A stretch of DNA of 32,000 nucleotides from Candidatus Jordarchaeales archaeon. Lineage in GTDB: Archaea; Asgardarchaeota; Jordiarchaeia; Jordiarchaeales; Freyrarchaeaceae. Position numbers and translations under genes: made by a program. The DNA is taken from NCBI GenBank assembly GCA_038889235.1, contig JAWAHN010000001.1:300001-332000 (forward strand), written 5' to 3'. Below, in pieces: positions 26,726 through 32,000 of the stretch (positions are counted from its first letter, which is position 1; every line of letters begins with the position of its first letter). A model generated the notes under the pieces. That model was not told where the DNA came from. It was given only the letters and a program-made list of their open reading frames with translations, and ran no database searches.

Positions 26726-27190
26726 TTACGCTGGAACGAAGACGTAGTATGGGCTGCCTTCTTTTGGCACTATTGTTTCCACTTTTAGCTTCATGCCGGG
26801 CTTAATTTTTTCTTTGAGCTCTGCTGGGTCTGGCTTTACCCCTTTAAGCCAGCCTACGGCTTTCGGTCCCTCCTTCAGCTTCGCCACAGCAACTATGTAC
26901 GTTTCCTCCTGGGCGAATGAGGACGGTTTAACCATGATGGCCGTCGCCGTTACGAGTTCAGCCTCCTTGCTAAGCTCGACCCACTCGACCTCTGAAGAAT
27001 AGCAGCTTGGGCAGTCAGCTTGGGGCGGGAAAGTTATCCTGCCGCACTTCTTGCACTTCGTTGTCATGAATTTGCCCTGCTTGAGACCCTCCCAGAAAGG
27101 TAGTGTCTTGCTTATAGGCAGCTTGTAGATCAGGGTGAGAGGCCTTGAAAGTATGTAAGGCTTCTCCTCCTTCTTAGACAAAGCGGACAA
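26726..27190 (-). CDS. DUF35 Zn-ribbon/OB-fold protein (thiolase partner)
   Basis: PFWEGLKQGK..TTKCKKCG..TFPPQADCPSC followed by an OB fold. TTG start after GGAAGGAGG. Confidence 0.9.
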   Translation of the reverse strand: MSALSKKEEKPYILSRPLTLIYKLPISKTLPFWEGLKQGKFMTTKCKKCGRITFPPQADCPSCYSSEVEWVELSKEAELVTATAIMVKPSSFAQEETYIVAVAKLKEGPKAVGWLKGVKPDPAELKEKIKPGMKLKVETIVPKEGSPYYVFVPA

Positions 27191-27200
27191 CCTCCTTCCA

Positions 27201-28361
27201 CTACTTCCGGCTTAAGATTGTTATATACGCGTAGTGTCCAGTCCCTCCGACGTTGTGGGCGAGCGCGTAGCCGTGCTTTATCGGGGCCTGGTTGCTCTTT
27301 ATGTACTCTCCTCTCAACTGCTTCGTCAGGCTGTATATCATACTTGTGCCCGTTGCGCCTATCGGGTGCCCTTTAGCTTTGAGGCCGCCGTCAACGTTTA
27401 TCGGGATCTTTCCGCCAATGTACGTTTGTCCTTCCTCGACGAGCTTGTAGGCTTCGCCACGCCCACAGAAGCCTATGTCCTCCATGGCCATGAGCTCCGC
27501 TATCGTGAAGCAGTCGTGGACGTTCGCCACGTCAATCTTGTCCGGCGTTATCTTCGCCCTCTTAAACGCCCTTTCCGCCGCTACTTGAGCCGCCTTGAGC
27601 CCCACGAAGCTCTCCCTCTTGCTTAGATTAGCTGAGCCGGCGCATCCTTCGATAGCTTCTACCCAGACCGGTGTGTCAGTCAGCTTCTTGGCCTGCTCCT
27701 CGGCTGCTAGTATCACTGTGGCTGAACCATCTGTTATCGGGCAGCAGTCGAAGAGCTTCAGAGGCCAGGCTATGTAGGGTGACTTGAGCACTTGCTCTAT
27801 TGTTATTTCCTGCCTGAACTGAGCGTACGGGTTGGTCACAGCGTACTTGTGGTTTTTAACGGCGACCATCGCGAGATGTTCTTCCGTTGCACCGTACTGG
27901 TTCATGTAGGCTGTCGCGTGCAACGCGTAGTAGCCGGGGAATGTTAGGCCAAAGTGTTGGAACTCCCAGAAGAAGAAGCCCGACCTCCCTATGAGTTCTA
28001 CGATGTACGGTGTGTCGAGCTCGGTCATCTTCTCACAGCCGACGACCATCGCTATGTCGACCTTCCCGCTTGAGACAGCGTTGTATGCCGCGGCAAGAGC
28101 AGCTGACGAGGTAGCGCATGCGGCTTCAACCCTCATCAGCTCGGCGTTATAGAGTTCAGCATAGTCCGCTATTGCCACCGCGGGGAGCATTTCCTCGCAG
28201 AAGCCAGCGTTGCCGACCACGAGGAGGGGTATGTCCTCGGGCGCTAGTCCGGCATCCTCTAAGGCTGGCTTGATCGACTCGAACGCCAGCTCGCCCAGGT
28301 TGACGTCGTCCCTTCTACCAAACTTCGAGTGACCTACTCCTACTACAGCTACCCTTCTCAT
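27201..28361 (-). CDS. Archaeal/SCP2-type thiolase (acetyl-CoA acetyltransferase family)
   Basis: VEAACATSS, CCPITDG, HDCF, GGLKAKGHPIGATG, HNVGG. The start may be 28361 or 28379. Confidence 0.92.
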   Translation of the reverse strand: MRRVAVVGVGHSKFGRRDDVNLGELAFESIKPALEDAGLAPEDIPLLVVGNAGFCEEMLPAVAIADYAELYNAELMRVEAACATSSAALAAAYNAVSSGKVDIAMVVGCEKMTELDTPYIVELIGRSGFFFWEFQHFGLTFPGYYALHATAYMNQYGATEEHLAMVAVKNHKYAVTNPYAQFRQEITIEQVLKSPYIAWPLKLFDCCPITDGSATVILAAEEQAKKLTDTPVWVEAIEGCAGSANLSKRESFVGLKAAQVAAERAFKRAKITPDKIDVANVHDCFTIAELMAMEDIGFCGRGEAYKLVEEGQTYIGGKIPINVDGGLKAKGHPIGATGTSMIYSLTKQLRGEYIKSNQAPIKHGYALAHNVGGTGHYAYITILSRK

Positions 28362-28473
28362 AACCTTACCCCTTTCCATCCGTTTTCCGACAAAAATAGA
28401 TTCAAGCTAGATAAAAGAGTTTCTAAAAATCCGTGTGGCGACCGAAAGGGGGTTCCGGAGGGGGCGACCGTTT

Positions 28474-29304
28474 TTATTTATAGTAGAGGTTTTTCAGGAG
28501 TATGGCGTCCCCTTCTAGGTTCGGGCTTTCGGATATCACTACACCTTTCACGTTGAACTCCTTCCATACCTCGACGAGCTCCAAGTATTTTAGGTCCGAC
28601 TCTTGAAGGTTGACGTGGTTCTGCTCCCCCTTCCCAGTGTACTCTATTCCAGACACATGGATGTGCATGTTGCTGAGACACTCTTTTCCGAGCTCACTCT
28701 CAACATATGAGAGTATCTCTGCGAACTCCTCCCTAGAGTTGTATTTGCCCCCTGTTCTGGCGTGAATGTGGGCGAAGTCTATGCATGGCAGGACCATTTC
28801 AACCTCCTTGCTCAGCTGCACCAATTCCTGGAGGCTGCCAAACTGCGACGACTTGCCAGTAGTCTCCGGCCTCACCCAGACCTCTACGCCCTCGTCTCTT
28901 AGAGTCTTGACAACGCTTTTAAGGCAGTCCCTAACCTTGTCGTAAACCTTTTCTGGTGGGTCTTTCATGTAGGTGGCGGCGTGGAAGGTTATGGACGAGG
29001 CGCCGGCGGCGTAAGCCACCCTCGCCGTGTCAAGGATCCTCTTAACGCTCGCCTCAACCTTCTCTTTCTCCCTAGAGTTCAAGTTTATGTAGTACGGGCC
29101 GTGCGCGGTGAGCGCGACACCCGCCTCCCTTGCGACCGACCTAACTTCGTCGGCCACTTCCAGGGGCATTTTAACCCCGTAGACGAACTCGAGCTCCATA
29201 GCGTCGAGGCCCAGCTCGACGACCATTCTTACACCGTCGACTACGTTCCTCTTCTTAGTCAAAGCTAAGGGTATCCCCGCTGGGCCGAAGTGCAGCTTGT
29301 CCAA
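28474..29304 (-). CDS. nfo: Endonuclease IV (archaeal type)
   Basis: FGPAG.P, AHGPYYINLNS, FHAA, RPETTGK..QFG, PCIDFAH.HAR, H.H.SGIEY...GE..H, ISESP. Confidence 0.92.
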   Translation of the reverse strand: MDKLHFGPAGIPLALTKKRNVVDGVRMVVELGLDAMELEFVYGVKMPLEVADEVRSVAREAGVALTAHGPYYINLNSREKEKVEASVKRILDTARVAYAAGASSITFHAATYMKDPPEKVYDKVRDCLKSVVKTLRDEGVEVWVRPETTGKSSQFGSLQELVQLSKEVEMVLPCIDFAHIHARTGGKYNSREEFAEILSYVESELGKECLSNMHIHVSGIEYTGKGEQNHVNLQESDLKYLELVEVWKEFNVKGVVISESPNLEGDAILLKNLYYK

Positions 29305-29310
29305 AACATC

Positions 29311-30480
29311 TCACCCCTCCTTCATCGACAGCAAAAGCTCGCGCATCCGCTCCACGCCTTCAAGTATGCTTTCCATGGATGCGGCGTAACTTATCCTCAC
29401 GTGTCCCTCGCCACCCAACCCGAACACTTTTCCAGGCGTTACGCAGACGCCTTTCTCCACTAGAAGCCTTTCAGCGAAACGCACGCTGTCTTTGACGTAG
29501 GCTGAAATGTCGGGGAAAACGTAGAAGGCGCCTTTCGGCGTTGGGCAGTGGACGCCGTCTATCTCGTTTAGGGCTTTGACCAGTGCGCGGCGACGCTTGT
29601 CGTACTCCTTCCTCATCTCCTCAACGCACTCCTGTGGTCCTGTAAGAGCTTCCAGGGCGGCCTTTTGGACGAAGCTTGCGGCACACGTGGTTGTGTTCTG
29701 TTGTATCTTGGACATAGCGTTCACCAGATCTTTCGGAGCAACAGCGTAGCCTATCCTCCACCCAGTCATGGCGTAGCTCTTGGAGAACCCGTGTATCAGC
29801 ACAGAGATGTCCCTCGCCTCCTCGAAGCTTAGAATGCTCGTCTGCTTGAAACCGTCGTATGTTAGGTCGTCGTATATTTCATCGGACATTATGTAGAATC
29901 CGTGGTCAACAGCTAAGTCGACTACAGCCTTCATCTCTTCTCCACTTATTACTCCGCCGGTAGGGTTGTTAGGGGAGTTAAGTATGACCATTTTCGTCTT
30001 ACTGGTGATGGCTTCTTTAAGCGCCTCTTCGTTCAAGGAGTAGTCTTCACTTAGTGGGATTTCACGCGGCACCCCGCCGGCGAAGCGCGTTATGTCCTTG
30101 TACGTGGGCCAGGCGGGGCTTGGAATGACCACCTCTTCGCCCGGTTCGAGTAAGGCCAGGATGGCGCAGAAAATAGCGTGCTTCGCGCCGGGCGTCACAA
30201 TTATCTCTTCCACGTCAACCTCGCACCCGGACTTCTCCATGACCTTGAGCGCTATGGCCTTCCTCAGCTCGAGTATACCTTTGCTCTCAGTGTACTTAAC
30301 GAAGCCCTCTTCGAGCGCCCTAACGGCTGCAGCCTTTACGTGGCTAGGGGTGTCGAAGTCGGGCTCCCCCACTTCCAAGTGGATAATTTTTCTCCCTTCT
30401 TTCTCCATGCGCCGCGCAATCTCCAGCATTCCAATAGTTCCTGAAGGGGGGAGGGTGGACATCCTGCTGGCAAGTCTCAA
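29311..30480 (-). CDS. aspC: Class I PLP-dependent aminotransferase (aspartate aminotransferase-like)
   Basis: HLEVGEPDF, YT...G..ELR, NSPNNPTG, SDEIYD, GFSKSYAMTGWRIGY, GAFY.FP, RISYA. Confidence 0.9.
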   Translation of the reverse strand: MRLASRMSTLPPSGTIGMLEIARRMEKEGRKIIHLEVGEPDFDTPSHVKAAAVRALEEGFVKYTESKGILELRKAIALKVMEKSGCEVDVEEIIVTPGAKHAIFCAILALLEPGEEVVIPSPAWPTYKDITRFAGGVPREIPLSEDYSLNEEALKEAITSKTKMVILNSPNNPTGGVISGEEMKAVVDLAVDHGFYIMSDEIYDDLTYDGFKQTSILSFEEARDISVLIHGFSKSYAMTGWRIGYAVAPKDLVNAMSKIQQNTTTCAASFVQKAALEALTGPQECVEEMRKEYDKRRRALVKALNEIDGVHCPTPKGAFYVFPDISAYVKDSVRFAERLLVEKGVCVTPGKVFGLGGEGHVRISYAASMESILEGVERMRELLLSMKEG

Positions 30481-30709
30481 TCTTGCTCACCCTCTTTTCG
30501 CTAAAGAGTTTTGAAAAAACCGTAAGATAAGGTTTTGCTTACCAGAAGTACACAACAAAACTAAAAGGGGAGACCATTTTGCTGCGAAAAAAGCAGTTAA
30601 AAAAGCGGATTTTTCCAGAAAAATATACTGTGAATTGGTTTACCACAATTAATATAATAGTTGTATTGCAGAAATATCTAATAGATAAGGGTGATGATGA
30701 TTGAGTGGC

Positions 30710-31003
30710 ATGAAGATTTGGGATGTTTTTAAGGAGTTTGACGGCGGGAAGGCTAAGATAAAGGCTCTGGCTCTTAAGAAGGATCTGGCGAAGTGTGGGT
30801 TGACCTCCGAGGAAGAGGTGAAAAGGATTTGGGAAGAGGTCATAAGAAGGAGTGGCAATGGGGTTCACGTGAAGGTCACAGGCGTGAAGTTTCTTAACGT
30901 CTACTGCGTGGTTGAAATGGAGGTCCAAGGTGAGGAAGGACCAAGGGACATGGCATGCCTTCAGGTGGCGCCTAGAACTGCTAAGACGGGCTTGGGAATT
31001 TGA
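30710..31003 (+). CDS. Small hypothetical protein
   Basis: GGGTGATG RBS, an AT-rich TATA-like segment (AATTAATATAAT near 30647-30658) and codon usage matching the host. TTG 30701 is an alternative start. Confidence 0.55.
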   Translation: MKIWDVFKEFDGGKAKIKALALKKDLAKCGLTSEEEVKRIWEEVIRRSGNGVHVKVTGVKFLNVYCVVEMEVQGEEGPRDMACLQVAPRTAKTGLGI

Positions 31004-31048
31004 GGTAAAAGTTTATGCGTTGTTTTAGCGTTTCTTCACGGTGGTTTC

Positions 31049-31555
31049 TTGATTAAGCTTTTTTGGCGCTGACGAGACTCTGTGGAGTATTGAGAGAGGG
31101 CTATGCGAGCACAGTTGTGCCCCCATTGAGGAAGGTCGATGACGACGTCGTTGTAGATGCTGCCGGCGTGAGTGGTCAGCTTTTTCCGGGCGTTAGAAGG
31201 CTGCTCGAGGAGTTGAAGAAGAGGGGGTCGTAGTGTCCTTAGCTAGCGCCAACGACGAGGAGTCCAACAAGGTCGAGATGTTACTCTAGCTTTTCGGAAT
31301 AAGAGGCTACTTTTCATTTCCGCAGGTCTGCTGGGAGGATGAAGTATGAGAGTGTGAAGAGAATGCTTGAGCTGGTTAGGGGTAGGTGTTGACGTGAGAT
31401 TTTCAGAGGTGCTCTTCGTCGACGACTCCGAGTTCAATATACTCGACGTGGAGCAGAAACCTCCCGGCGTTAAGATCCTTCAAGTCGGACGGGACATCGC
31501 CAGCGTCGCCCAGCTACTCGAAGAGCTGGATTCACCCCTTCTGAGCTCTAAGTGA
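31049..31555 (+). pseudogene. Magnesium-dependent phosphatase-1 (HAD IIIC) pseudogene
   Basis: Reassembles to IKL...ADETLW...LFPGVRRLLEELKKRG.VVSLAS.N...LFGI..YF..PQ...VLFVDD...NI. Several frameshifts and an in-frame TAG at 31287-31289. Confidence 0.8.
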
Positions 31556-31624
31556 TAGAAAGAGATTTAACAAAAATATGCTTCCCTTTTTTCTAAAGGC
31601 TGGCTTCCAGAGTGGGAGTGTCTC

Positions 31625-32000
31625 ATGAGAGCACTATCCGAAACAGAAAAAGAGGTCTTTGAGCACTTCAAGCTGCAAAGTGAGGTTATCGTAGCGTGCC
31701 TTCCCGTCGTTGAGGATATTTTCACGGGGGTATTGTCCGGAGTAGATGTCCACGAGAAGGTTAGAGAGCTAGCCTCTCTCAGGGAGAGGGCAACCGGACT
31801 TAAGAGGAGTATAATGGCTAAGCTTTCAAACTGGAGCTCGAGGACCATTGACAGAGACGACCTCATCCATCTCGCCTCGCAAAGCGAAGTCGTGGTGGAG
31901 AGCATAAGCTTCACCGTGAACAACCTGCTTATTCTGAGAAGGGACGTCGCCCAAAGAGTGCTTGGACTTGAGGAGTTCTCGTTGATGCTCAAAGGAGCAC
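31625..32000 (+). CDS. DUF47/PhoU-like protein, 3'-truncated by window
   Basis: Absent from the ORF track because it has no stop in the window. Open frame MRALSETEKEVFEH...ERATGLKRSIMAKL...IDRDDLIHLA follows a GGGAGTG RBS and resembles the DUF47 helical repeat. Confidence 0.6.
   Translation, partial: MRALSETEKEVFEHFKLQSEVIVACLPVVEDIFTGVLSGVDVHEKVRELASLRERATGLKRSIMAKLSNWSSRTIDRDDLIHLASQSEVVVESISFTVNNLLILRRDVAQRVLGLEEFSLMLKGA

Noticed and set aside
28437-28470. GGCGACCG direct repeat between nfo and thiolase
   Set aside because: Only two 8-bp copies; not a CRISPR array or a recognisable element.
32-31992. Numerous short antisense or alternate-frame ORFs in the track (e.g. 1330-1644, 3422-3844, 9634-9981, 21562-22038, 30092-30514, 31567-31992)
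   Set aside because: They are shadows of well-supported genes on the opposite strand or frame, with no motifs of their own.
1-32000. CRISPR array, rRNA, tRNA, RNase P/SRP RNA, IS transposase, integrase
   Set aside because: No regularly spaced repeats or conserved signatures were recognised by eye; an Infernal or CRISPR-finder run would be the definitive check.

Overview
Archaeal genomic window, inferred from GGAGG/GGTGA ribosome-binding sites, frequent TTG/GTG starts, AGG/AGA Arg usage, AK6, archaeal Nfo, a thiolase-DUF35 pair and Hdr genes. It looks thermophile-like. An Asgard (Freya/Jordarchaeia-like) or related TACK lineage is plausible but cannot be shown from the sequence alone. Left to right: a hdrA(3' part)-mvhD fusion / fwdF-like 8-cluster polyferredoxin / hdrC / hdrB operon; OsmC; a decayed RimK-type ATP-grasp ligase; an intact AbrB-PIN (VapBC) toxin-antitoxin pair; a palindrome-rich spacer followed by a secreted glycoprotein and a membrane-tethered wHTH regulator; a TSUP transporter; a decayed MNT-HEPN pair; FmdE; a Thermotoga/eukaryote-type IDH; a Zn-ribbon protein plus methyltransferase; a CocE/NonD hydrolase whose N-terminus lies in another frame across a TTT-TTT-TAA site; AK6; an alpha-solenoid protein; a radical SAM/SPASM enzyme; an MFS transporter; a probable PIN remnant; thiolase-DUF35, nfo and a class I aminotransferase; an MDP-1 pseudogene; and a truncated DUF47 gene. 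No rRNA, tRNA, CRISPR array or transposase was recognised. The most notable leads are the fwdF-embedded Hdr operon, the CocE +1 shifty-stop site, the interlocking palindromes upstream of the surface-protein/membrane-regulator pair, and a kb-scale flip in synonymous codon composition inside genes. All family assignments come from motif recognition, not database searches.
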